Shown: positions 27,889 to 36,775 of the stretch, piece after piece
Position numbering within the stretch: the first letter of the stretch is position 1
Layout: the number at the start of each line of letters is the position of its first letter
From: an uncultured Candidatus Peribacteria bacterium
GTDB taxonomy: Bacteria > Patescibacteriota > Gracilibacteria > Peribacterales > Peribacteraceae
Direction: 5' to 3'
Assembly (NCBI GenBank): GCA_964434585.1
Contig: CAYSVN010000002.1
Location: forward strand, 1 to 41,895
DNA length: 41,895 bases
The notes under the pieces: model-generated
Databases searched by the model: none
Seen by the model: only the letters and a program-made list of their open reading frames with translations
What the model was told of the DNA's origin: nothing
Made by a program: the position numbers and the translations under genes

Positions 27889-28440
27889 ATGCCTCGCCAT
27901 GTAAAACTTCGGCATTTAAGCCTTCTATTTTCGGGAAGTTTATTTAGCTTGCTTTTGCTTTCTTGGACATTGCTTACACCGCAGTTAGTACAGCGTGAAC
28001 TGGGAATGACTAGAGCCGATTTATTATACAAAAGCCAAGATTTACCAGTGATTGCCAGCGCGTTAGAGCAAATGCGCGTAGAAAGAAATGAAGATATAGA
28101 TCCCAGTCCATTACCAATATTTAGAGCGTTAGCACTAAAACGGCAACAGGAAGGAGGTAGTCTTAAAACTCTTGCAAGTATAGCTAGTGTCGTTAAAAAA
28201 TTTAATGCCGATACAGACGCTTATGTTGCGTTAGAACAAATTTCTTTTAAAGATAATGGATACCAATTAACTGGGGAGATTCAAAATGCCGATTTACAGG
28301 GCGCAACGGTTTTAGCTGAACTAATGAGTATTTTTGAAAGCCACAATGCATTACAAGTGGTTCGCTATCCTGCCTTTAAGCGTGCGATGCGAGATGGCGC
28401 GCTTGTAACTCCATTTACAACTACACTGCAGCATGATTAA
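27889..28440 (+). CDS. Hypothetical membrane-anchored protein (envelope operon gene 1)
   Basis: 183-aa ORF with an N-terminal hydrophobic anchor. Confidence 0.5.
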   Translation: MPRHVKLRHLSLLFSGSLFSLLLLSWTLLTPQLVQRELGMTRADLLYKSQDLPVIASALEQMRVERNEDIDPSPLPIFRALALKRQQEGGSLKTLASIASVVKKFNADTDAYVALEQISFKDNGYQLTGEIQNADLQGATVLAELMSIFESHNALQVVRYPAFKRAMRDGALVTPFTTTLQHD

Positions 28441-29272
28441 AAATCTCATTCGCATCGGTTATTTTTTATCTGTTATTTTACTACTAACAGCTTCTATTTA
28501 CCTTATTGTACAACACCGTTCGGTTTTGCAGGCTGCATCGCTATTTTCTGGCGTGGCTTCCCACTACGACCGAATAGAAAATGAAGTATCACTTTTAGGT
28601 GATCAACGTGATCAGTCTCATTTTCTAAAAAGCCAGCAGCGCAGCATTCGCTTAGAACAATTGGAAGCCTATGTTATACCTCATACTGTATTATTCGAAC
28701 GTCTTAATAAATTTATAAGCATTATTGAAAAAGCCTTACAACAACAAGATATTGATAGCGTTTTATCTATACAACAATTACAAGATTCTAGTGCCGTGCG
28801 TTATAATGACACTACTATTACTACGCATGATATTACTGTAAGCATGAAGGTTAATCGCAATAGTATATTGCGTCTTTTTACCATGCTTAATACCAGTGGC
28901 ATGTTAACATTGTACGATGCATTTACGCCTACAGAGCGCCAAGAATTACTAGAGGTAGTGCTAAATGAAGATCCAGGATCCTTACAAGCTCTTGAGACAT
29001 TTTTTGCTTCCTCGTTACTTGATTACAGTGCGGCTCCAGAGAAGCATATTGAACAATTACTTGTATTTATTGCCTCAGAAAATAATGTTTTTGTTGTTCA
29101 AGATATTCTTAGGGCTTCGCAATTACAAATGATGGCTACCTTCTTAAAACAGGCTTCAGTAGATTTGCGCCCAATATGGCCAGCACCATTGCTAGAGGTT
29201 CAATCTGCTACATTTATAGAGCAGGGAGATTATTTAGAAGGAATACTATTACTACAAACATTTACACAGTAA
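28433..29272 (+). CDS. Hypothetical membrane-anchored protein (envelope operon gene 2)
   Basis: 279 aa with an N-terminal TM helix. Overlaps the upstream gene by 8 nt. Confidence 0.5.
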   Translation: MIKNLIRIGYFLSVILLLTASIYLIVQHRSVLQAASLFSGVASHYDRIENEVSLLGDQRDQSHFLKSQQRSIRLEQLEAYVIPHTVLFERLNKFISIIEKALQQQDIDSVLSIQQLQDSSAVRYNDTTITTHDITVSMKVNRNSILRLFTMLNTSGMLTLYDAFTPTERQELLEVVLNEDPGSLQALETFFASSLLDYSAAPEKHIEQLLVFIASENNVFVVQDILRASQLQMMATFLKQASVDLRPIWPAPLLEVQSATFIEQGDYLEGILLLQTFTQ

Positions 29273-29364
29273 TGTTTTAGTTATTATTATTTGTAATTTA
29301 ATATAAAAAAACTATAGATAGCCCTAGTAAAATTAGCTTAGATCTGCTATAATAAGTAGATTTA

Positions 29365-30345
29365 ATGCATATAAACACACATCAAATTGTACGTTTTGCC
29401 GTACTGACATGGCTACTAATACCCGCGCTTGTTATGGCTGCGGGCCAAAGTGCTAACTTTAGCCTTAATGGCCAGTTAGAAAACAGTAAAAATGGTGTAT
29501 CACCAAGCTTTGATATGGAGATTCAAAATGAACCATGGAAAGTTGGTGGTGAAAGTCCTAGCTTCCAAATTATTAATAATAGCCACTTTGTGGCTAGTTC
29601 TTCATCAAGCTCTTCGAGCAGCTCTTCTGCTCCTGGTGTTATTCTAGGAACAGGCGGTGGCGATGGTGGCTCTGGCGGCTGTCGTACTAACGACACTTGT
29701 CCAGATGATGGCGGTACCGATGGTGATACTGCTGTTATTGGTGATAGTAGTGGGGTCGATGCTGGTGGCATTGGTGGTGATGACAGTGGAAACACCGGAG
29801 GAACTATTGGTGACACTGGTGGTGATGATAATGGTGATATTGGAGGTGTTGATGGGGCAATTGAAAATGCTGGTGATGATGGAAGCTTTTTCCCTGCTCC
29901 TACTGTTGAGCCATTTGTGCCTGTTATTATTATTGATAATGCTTCAGAAATTTCTAATCAATTTAATTATTTTGGCTATGGGTCTGAAGCAGAACTACGC
30001 AACGCTTATGTGTTAGCAGCTAGTGCTATGAATTGTGGCCCTGCTCCTGAACATCGTCAATGTACTCATCAAAATGTTTGTAAAGAACTCCTAGATGAAT
30101 ACGCTCCGGCTTGCAGCGATGTGGCCATTTGTGTCCTTGACCATGATTGTACTGCTTCTTTACAGGCTAATGATGAAGCTTTTAACAGATGGCTTGCTCA
30201 TCAGCGTACAACATTCCATGCTAGCGCTTCACAAGAATTTGTTCGTTACTATATTGGTACAGCTTTCTCATTACTTGTGTTTATGCTTGCGCTTTATGCT
30301 TTATTTTTTACTCACCGTAAATTAACTCAGTCCTCTTTACTATAA
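29365..30345 (+). CDS. Secreted Ser-run / Gly-Asp-rich protein with Cys-containing domain and C-terminal TM anchor
   Basis: Signal peptide, an S10-like run, a GGDGGSGG...GDDNGDIGG acidic Gly-rich region, and a C-terminal hydrophobic helix followed by HRK. A TGcTATAAT box lies at 29345-29353 upstream. Confidence 0.6.
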   Translation: MHINTHQIVRFAVLTWLLIPALVMAAGQSANFSLNGQLENSKNGVSPSFDMEIQNEPWKVGGESPSFQIINNSHFVASSSSSSSSSSSAPGVILGTGGGDGGSGGCRTNDTCPDDGGTDGDTAVIGDSSGVDAGGIGGDDSGNTGGTIGDTGGDDNGDIGGVDGAIENAGDDGSFFPAPTVEPFVPVIIIDNASEISNQFNYFGYGSEAELRNAYVLAASAMNCGPAPEHRQCTHQNVCKELLDEYAPACSDVAICVLDHDCTASLQANDEAFNRWLAHQRTTFHASASQEFVRYYIGTAFSLLVFMLALYALFFTHRKLTQSSLL

Positions 30346-31634
30346 TGTTCTATCTTCAAACCTTATCGCGATTTTTATTTCTAATGGTGTTACTGCTTAT
30401 TCCGGTACTTTCTGTTCAGGCACAAAATGATGTCCCTAATACCTATATGTATAATGGACACTTGCTAGACCCTGCTGGAAATCCTATTACAGCACCCATT
30501 GATTTACGGTTCAGCTTTTGGACTAACACCGATTACGTTCCTACTGATACATTGCCAAGTGGCGGTGTTAATACTGGTGCTCTCGATTATGCAGGCTGGA
30601 TAGAAGTTCATACCATTACGACAAATGCTGATGGGTACTTTTCTGTCATTCTTGGCGAAACTGTGCCGTTGCCATCATTTGCCTTTACTTCTGTTGGAAC
30701 AAGTACATTGCAAAGCCTATACCTACAGGTTGATGCTAAAATGAATGGTGATCCATTAACGAGCTATGAATTATTAGATTGTGATATTACCGTTCCTACA
30801 CGTGACCGTTCTCCAATTTTATCCGTACCGTTTGCACATAATGCTAGTTTTCTTAACGGTGCTAGTGTTGGCGTAACAGAAGGTGATATTGCCTTACTTG
30901 GTACGGATGGTGTCTTTAATATTGTTCATGTGCCATGGGGTACAAACTACGATAGTTTTACATTAGATGCTGATGGTACTGCTGGAACAGGGGATAGTAT
31001 TGAGTTAGTATTTGGCTCTATTGCTAATATTTTAAGTTTTGATATTGATAACGATTGGTTTAATTTTAATAATGATGTAAATATTGATGGTGATTTAACT
31101 GTAACCGGTTTAATTAATGGTGTTGATGTTACAACACTCTTTACAGCTAATGCTTTAACGGGTTCTCATTTAGAAGTTTACACTCCGCATTATAGTGATG
31201 TTTCTTATACCGATGATGGTACCAACAATGTTGGCCAATTGCTTTTGGAACATGATATTGCTGAAGGAAATTTTTACCGCTGGCGCAGCACGCGGACTAC
31301 GTTGCAAGATTACACTATTACAATGGAGCATACTCTGCCGCTTAATTTTCTAGGCTGGGACGATAGTAGTCCATTTGAGGTTCGCTACCGTACCAGTGAT
31401 ACTGCCGTTAATTCTGCCTTAGATATTGAGCTTTATGATACCTCTGGAACACTTGTTGGTTCAGCGCTTGGACTTAGTAGCTCAGGAACTTGGGACACTG
31501 CTACATTTATACCAGTTGGCACTTGGAATCCAGGCGAAAAATTAAAAGTAGTATATACCCCGTATGCACTTACGGGTCATAATGTTGATGTTGGCGATAC
31601 TCGTTTAATGTATACCGTTATTAATAGTACGTAA
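30345..31634 (+). CDS. Secreted hypothetical protein
   Basis: 429 aa with a signal peptide ending VQAQ. TAATG overlap with the upstream gene. Confidence 0.6.
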   Translation: MFYLQTLSRFLFLMVLLLIPVLSVQAQNDVPNTYMYNGHLLDPAGNPITAPIDLRFSFWTNTDYVPTDTLPSGGVNTGALDYAGWIEVHTITTNADGYFSVILGETVPLPSFAFTSVGTSTLQSLYLQVDAKMNGDPLTSYELLDCDITVPTRDRSPILSVPFAHNASFLNGASVGVTEGDIALLGTDGVFNIVHVPWGTNYDSFTLDADGTAGTGDSIELVFGSIANILSFDIDNDWFNFNNDVNIDGDLTVTGLINGVDVTTLFTANALTGSHLEVYTPHYSDVSYTDDGTNNVGQLLLEHDIAEGNFYRWRSTRTTLQDYTITMEHTLPLNFLGWDDSSPFEVRYRTSDTAVNSALDIELYDTSGTLVGSALGLSSSGTWDTATFIPVGTWNPGEKLKVVYTPYALTGHNVDVGDTRLMYTVINST

Positions 31635-31635
31635 C

Positions 31636-32754
31636 ATGCATTCACGCTATCAAAAAGTAATGGCTTTAATTGTTACAGCTATTTTGCTGGTATTTTCTGG
31701 CATTATTGTTAAGCAAGAATTAGCCGCATCGTTACTCGATATTAAAGGAACCCCTTACCATACTTCGTTTTCTTACCTTTTAAGTCGTGGTATTATTGAT
31801 GGTTATCCTGATAAAACAGGACGACCTTATGGATATATTAATAGAGCAGAAGTGGTAAAAGTATTGGTAAATGCTCGTGAAGACTTACGCTTAAAGTTGC
31901 CAGAAATTGAAGCTGGATTACCACAGTTTCCGTTGTTTGTGGATACCCAACAAGACCAATGGTATGCTCCACATTTAGAGCTTGGTTTTAAAGAACAGCT
32001 TGTTACTGGTTACCCAGATGGTAGTTTTAGACCAGGCCAACTCGTGCGTGTAGAAGAGGCGGTCGCACTATTAACAAGAGCATTTAAACTACATGAAACA
32101 CGTAACGATGTTGTAGATTCTGCTTATATAGAAAACCAACCTAACCAATGGTTTACATTACCAATTAATGCGGCGGTGGCTCGTAATCTTATTCAACATA
32201 AGTCTAACCTACGTTTAGGTACGGCTATGACACGTGGCCAATTTTTCGATATGTTATACCGTTTACATCTTATCCAAAATACAGACCAAGCTATGTACCA
32301 GGGCCCAGAACCATTTGAGGAACTACCAGATTTACCAGATGCTCCAGCAGTTGAAAATATTGCTATTAGTATAGAGCAGCCTAATACCTCTAGCCCGATT
32401 GCAGTTGAATATGGTGGTGACACTGAAGTTGCGACTGAAATTGCTGCTCCACCTCCACCTCCACCTCCACCGCCTGCGCCTCCAGTTAATACTACTATTA
32501 ATACTGGTCAAAACACTGGTGGTAGCACAGTATCTGCCAATAATAATGGTGGCGGCACTACGACCACAGTTAACAATAATGGCGGTAGCACTATTAACTC
32601 TAACAATAATGGTGGTGGCACTACTGTTAATGCTGGTTCTTCTAACAATGGTGGTACTATTAATGCTGGCTCTAATCCATTATTTTTGATCCAAATTTAC
32701 CGATTGAATATGTCGATAGTCATCCAGAAAAATCGTTTTTACCTTATGCTATGA
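31636..32754 (+). CDS. Membrane-anchored SLH-domain protein with poly-Pro and Asn/Gly-rich linker; the 3' end looks frameshifted
   Basis: N-terminal TM helix. Three SLH repeats (e.g. FVDTQQDQWYAPHLELGFKEQLVTGYPDGSFRPGQLVRVEEAVALLTRAF), then P9APP and NNNGG(G/S)T repeats. The last ~24 aa after the T5 run at 32683-32687 look non-native. Confidence 0.7.
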   Translation: MHSRYQKVMALIVTAILLVFSGIIVKQELAASLLDIKGTPYHTSFSYLLSRGIIDGYPDKTGRPYGYINRAEVVKVLVNAREDLRLKLPEIEAGLPQFPLFVDTQQDQWYAPHLELGFKEQLVTGYPDGSFRPGQLVRVEEAVALLTRAFKLHETRNDVVDSAYIENQPNQWFTLPINAAVARNLIQHKSNLRLGTAMTRGQFFDMLYRLHLIQNTDQAMYQGPEPFEELPDLPDAPAVENIAISIEQPNTSSPIAVEYGGDTEVATEIAAPPPPPPPPPAPPVNTTINTGQNTGGSTVSANNNGGGTTTTVNNNGGSTINSNNNGGGTTVNAGSSNNGGTINAGSNPLFLIQIYRLNMSIVIQKNRFYLML

Positions 32755-33170
32755 ACTTACCTACCATCGGTATTCGTAATGTTCCTATTTTAAAACCGAG
32801 CAATGTTACGAGTCGTGCAGGGTTAGAGGCTGTGCTAGATAAGGGTATTGGAAATATTATGAACCAGCCCGGTGGTGGTGGTAATGAGTTTTACTACGGC
32901 CATAGTAGTAGCTATGTCGATACATTGTATTCCCGTATTTTCCGGGCAATTTCTGGCATGAACCCAGGTGATAAATTCTACATTACATATAAAGGTATTG
33001 TGTTTGAGTACCAAGTTGATCGCCATGAAATTATTGCAGCAGCAGATACAAGTGTTTACCGTGATTCTGGTATTGCTAGAGCAGTGCTTTACACCTGCCA
33101 CCCACCTGGAGGATTTTCGCACCGGTATGTTATTTTTGGCACACCGGTTAAAGCGTACGTTATTAAGTAA
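32751..33170 (+). CDS. Sortase-family transpeptidase catalytic domain (no own membrane anchor; probably the 3' part of the preceding gene)
   Basis: Starts at LPTIGIRNVPI. His is in YYGHSS, the catalytic Cys in VLYTCHP, and Arg in SHRYVIFG, with sortase-like spacing. The frame is open upstream to 32676. Confidence 0.65.
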   Translation: MNLPTIGIRNVPILKPSNVTSRAGLEAVLDKGIGNIMNQPGGGGNEFYYGHSSSYVDTLYSRIFRAISGMNPGDKFYITYKGIVFEYQVDRHEIIAAADTSVYRDSGIARAVLYTCHPPGGFSHRYVIFGTPVKAYVIK

Positions 33171-33209
33171 GAACTACTAATAATGTGTTAGTTAACGTAT
33201 ACTTATTCT

Positions 33210-34895
33210 ATGGAAAAAGTATGTGTACATTGTCAGGCTCAGTTTAATTTTACAGCTGAAGATGATGCACTACTGCAAAAATTATTACCAACTATTAACG
33301 GACAAGTTTATACACTGCCTAAGCCAACGCGTTGCCCCGACTGCCGAAGCCAACAGCGGCTTGCAACCGGCAATCAGTTATTTTTAAGCATGCGCACCTG
33401 TGACTACACTGGTGAGAGTATTATGTCGCATTATCCTAAAGATTCTAAATACACGGTGTACTCACAAGATAAATGGCACTTAGAGCCATGGGAAGCTAGA
33501 GACTATGGCCGAGACTACGATTTTAATCGACCGTTTTTTGAACAATTTAAAGATTTAATGTTGGCGGTACCACATCCAGCTTTGTTGACTGATTTTTTAT
33601 TTGATCAAAATTGCTCATACACTAATCATGCTGGCCATAATAAAGACTGTTACCTAATTTTTGACTCTGATGACTGTGAAGATTGTTACCTTAGTTATAG
33701 CGTGCATAAATGCAAAGATTGCTTAGATTGTTTTAGGCTTCGTGAGTGTGAACTTTGTACAGAGTGCGTGGATTGTTACGATTGTTATGGCTGTAAATAT
33801 TGCCAAGACAGCTCGAATTGTAGCGATAGTGCGTTTTTAAAAGACTGCGTTGGCTGTCGTCATTGTTTATTTTGCAGTAACCTTCAAAGTAAAGAATATT
33901 GTATTTTTAACAAGCAGGTTTCTAAAGAAGAATTTGAGGCTGCTTGGAGTAAATTATCATCACGGCAGTATTGTTTAGAGCAGCAAAAAATATTTAAAGA
34001 TTGGCATATGCAGTTTCCTAAACGAGCGTTCCATGGTGTTAATAATGAAGATGTTTCTGGAGATTACATTGATAGTAGTAAAAATTCACATGGTTGTTTT
34101 GATAGTTCTAAACAGTGGGATTGCCGACACTGCTGCCAGGCTTGGGACGGGTTAAAAGACAGTATGGATACACAAGAATGTGGACTTTCGGAATTCCTGT
34201 ATGAAACAGCCTATATGGGCGAGAATTGTCAAAATACCTACTTTACCTGCTTAAGCCCAGGTGGATGTTTGTATAATGTTTTTTATAGTATGTACTGTAT
34301 TCATGGTAAAAATTTATTTGGTTGCTTTGGTATGCGTAAATCTGAGTACTGTATTTTAAATAAGCAGTATACCGAGGCAGAATATAACGAATTGGTACCA
34401 CGTATTATTCAACATATGATGCAGACAGGGGAGTGGGGAGAGTTTTTCCCAATTGATACTTCGCCATTTTTCTATAACGAAACATTAGCCCAGGACCATT
34501 ACCCATTAACAAAATCTGAAACATTAAGCCGTGGTTGGCCTTGGCAAGACCCAGTTGAAGAGCAGCTTGAGTTTACAAAATCTATTAATGCTCAGCAGTT
34601 ACCAGACACCATTGCCGATATCCCCGACGATGTTCTTAATTGGGTGATTGTTCCTCGTGACGGTAAACCGTTTAAAATTGTGTCTCAAGAGCTTGCATTG
34701 CGTAGAACCATGAATGCTGCATTGCCGCTAGAACCTTTTTTAAGTCGTTATCATCGTTGGCGTGCTATGCGGAATGAGCGTGTTCTGTATCATCGCCAGT
34801 GCCAACATTGTTCTAAAGACATTCAAACAACGTATGCCCCTAATAGGCCAGAGATTGTGTATTGTGAAGAATGCTATCTTAAAGAGGTTTATTAG
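33210..34895 (+). CDS. Cys-rich zinc-ribbon repeat protein, paralog 5 (distal copy)
   Basis: 561 aa with the same architecture as 1-6665, and about 41 Cys by hand count. The C-terminal module has lost some Cys. Confidence 0.92.
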   Translation: MEKVCVHCQAQFNFTAEDDALLQKLLPTINGQVYTLPKPTRCPDCRSQQRLATGNQLFLSMRTCDYTGESIMSHYPKDSKYTVYSQDKWHLEPWEARDYGRDYDFNRPFFEQFKDLMLAVPHPALLTDFLFDQNCSYTNHAGHNKDCYLIFDSDDCEDCYLSYSVHKCKDCLDCFRLRECELCTECVDCYDCYGCKYCQDSSNCSDSAFLKDCVGCRHCLFCSNLQSKEYCIFNKQVSKEEFEAAWSKLSSRQYCLEQQKIFKDWHMQFPKRAFHGVNNEDVSGDYIDSSKNSHGCFDSSKQWDCRHCCQAWDGLKDSMDTQECGLSEFLYETAYMGENCQNTYFTCLSPGGCLYNVFYSMYCIHGKNLFGCFGMRKSEYCILNKQYTEAEYNELVPRIIQHMMQTGEWGEFFPIDTSPFFYNETLAQDHYPLTKSETLSRGWPWQDPVEEQLEFTKSINAQQLPDTIADIPDDVLNWVIVPRDGKPFKIVSQELALRRTMNAALPLEPFLSRYHRWRAMRNERVLYHRQCQHCSKDIQTTYAPNRPEIVYCEECYLKEVY

Positions 34896-34896
34896 T

Positions 34897-35733
34897 TTAA
34901 ACCACTCCTGCAAGTGTCGTGGCAATCCAGTAGCTTAGACCAATAATAACAAGTCCTATTACCATGCGTACAATCATAGAACGTGCATTTGTTATGTCTT
35001 CATCGTTACCGAGGCCAATAACAAGGCGAATGCCGTAGTAAATTAAAATAGTAACGCCAATAATAAAGAATAGTACTAAAATTGAACCTGTAACACGGCC
35101 AATAATATTAACAATTGGGCCAGGGTTAATATTTACAAAGCTTTCGGCTAATACGTACCGTGCGGTAATAAATACTAAGCCAATAACAAGTGAGACAATC
35201 GCTTGCCGCATGGTACCAGCGCCGTCTTCTGAACCAAATGAGGCCACTGCACGAATACCAGTAACAATAATAGACGCAATAATAAGCATTCCCACCAGGA
35301 AACTTGCCCAGTTTATAAGTCCATCTACCTCTGCAATAATAGTGCCGACGCCACCACTTTGGTAATTAATAAATGCATTAGCAATAATATAAGCCATATT
35401 AATAATAATAAGGCCTGAAACACAGCCAATAACAATGTTTTTAAGTCTGGCAGCGTTGCCTTCATCATCAATAATTACCATCATTAGCCCGCCTACAATA
35501 ATCATAATTACTGCGATAATTGATACTAATGGAACAAAACCCTCTAATACCAGAATAAAATTTTGCACTAATGTTACAAATGCACCACCTCCTGATGCAG
35601 CTCCACCACCACCAGTAATGGGGTCTAGTGTTCCTCCTACTGAAGTAATGCCAGCATCAATTAAACTAGGATCGCCAGCTTGGGCAAATACAATACTAGG
35701 AATGGCAATGATGAGTAGCAAAAGAAACCTCAT
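34897..35733 (-). CDS. Secreted polytopic protein made of three tandem TrbC/VirB2-like (T4SS pilin-type) 2-TM modules
   Basis: Signal peptide MRFLLLLIIAIPSIVFAQA. Three repeats of TM, short charged loop (DDEGNAARL / GSEDGAGTMR / GNDEDITNAR), TM. The ATG at 35733 is preferred over the one at 35766. Confidence 0.6.
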   Translation of the reverse strand: MRFLLLLIIAIPSIVFAQAGDPSLIDAGITSVGGTLDPITGGGGAASGGGAFVTLVQNFILVLEGFVPLVSIIAVIMIIVGGLMMVIIDDEGNAARLKNIVIGCVSGLIIINMAYIIANAFINYQSGGVGTIIAEVDGLINWASFLVGMLIIASIIVTGIRAVASFGSEDGAGTMRQAIVSLVIGLVFITARYVLAESFVNINPGPIVNIIGRVTGSILVLFFIIGVTILIYYGIRLVIGLGNDEDITNARSMIVRMVIGLVIIGLSYWIATTLAGVV

Positions 35734-35738
35734 GTTTT

Positions 35739-36548
35739 TTAAAAGAAAATTTCTAAAATAGTCCAACTAGAAACAACAATTAATAGTGCCGTTGCAGTGG
35801 TAAGCATTATTTTTTGACCACGATCTTTTAAGCTGTCTTGTACGGAAATAGCATAAAAAAAGCCTCCAATCATAAAGCCTATAACACAAAGTCCACCAAA
35901 GAATACGGCTGCAAAATTAATAATACGCGAAAATTCTGAAGCTAGTGGAGCTTGATTGAAGCCCATAATAGATTCGACAATAGGTACAGCTAGCAATACA
36001 AAAATCGCACCGAATATTGTTAATGCTACCTGCTTACGGGCTTGTGCCATGTAGTCTGTTCCAAAGGATGTTACAAGGCGAGTTGCCTGAATAAACATTG
36101 TTACAACTATTGCGATACCTAGTAATGATTTTAGAATAGTTACTATTGTACCAAGTACGCTTGCAAGAGGTTCTATACTTGGGCTTGGCCCTGTAAATAC
36201 AGCAGCAATTTGTTGTGCAGCTAATACTATTACCGTTGCTCCAAACGCGTATGCTAGCGATAAGCTAACCTCTTTATGGTTTCCGGTGTGGCTAAGAAAC
36301 ACTGCTCTTGCACCATAATAGACGACCATAATAACAAGAATCATTTGGAAAATTGTTTGCAAGTCTACTGATATTGTTGCCACAATTGCTTCCAAATTTG
36401 TGTAATTGGAAAGCCCCGGATGGTTAGCGGTTTGTAGGCAATCTCTAAAAGGTTTATTGTAGTCTTCTATTGCCCCTCCTTCGCATTGTGCAAATGCTAA
36501 CTTAGGAACAATAAATGCCAGTAGTGCGAAAAAATAATATCTCATCAT
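35739..36548 (-). CDS. Second protein with three tandem TrbC/VirB2-like 2-TM modules
   Basis: Signal peptide MMRYYFFALLAFIVPKLAFAQ, starting at 36548 rather than 36650. Three TM-loop-TM repeats with loops HTGNHKEV / FGTDYMAQARK / VQDSLKDRGQK. Confidence 0.55.
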   Translation of the reverse strand: MMRYYFFALLAFIVPKLAFAQCEGGAIEDYNKPFRDCLQTANHPGLSNYTNLEAIVATISVDLQTIFQMILVIMVVYYGARAVFLSHTGNHKEVSLSLAYAFGATVIVLAAQQIAAVFTGPSPSIEPLASVLGTIVTILKSLLGIAIVVTMFIQATRLVTSFGTDYMAQARKQVALTIFGAIFVLLAVPIVESIMGFNQAPLASEFSRIINFAAVFFGGLCVIGFMIGGFFYAISVQDSLKDRGQKIMLTTATALLIVVSSWTILEIFF

Positions 36549-36775
36549 ATTATTATACCACAGAAGACGCTTAAGAGGTAGAAGACGTTGTAAAAGTTTT
36601 CGATGATGAATGGTGCTAGTGGCAACATCGATGTCAGCTATCTGCACCATTCACGATCCACTATATAACAAAAAATCTCTATTATTTTCTAGAACATCTT
36701 AAACTTTTTTAGCTGCTAACGTGCTTTACAGCGTTTTTTCCTGTACTATATCGTTATATTATTTCACCAATTTTT

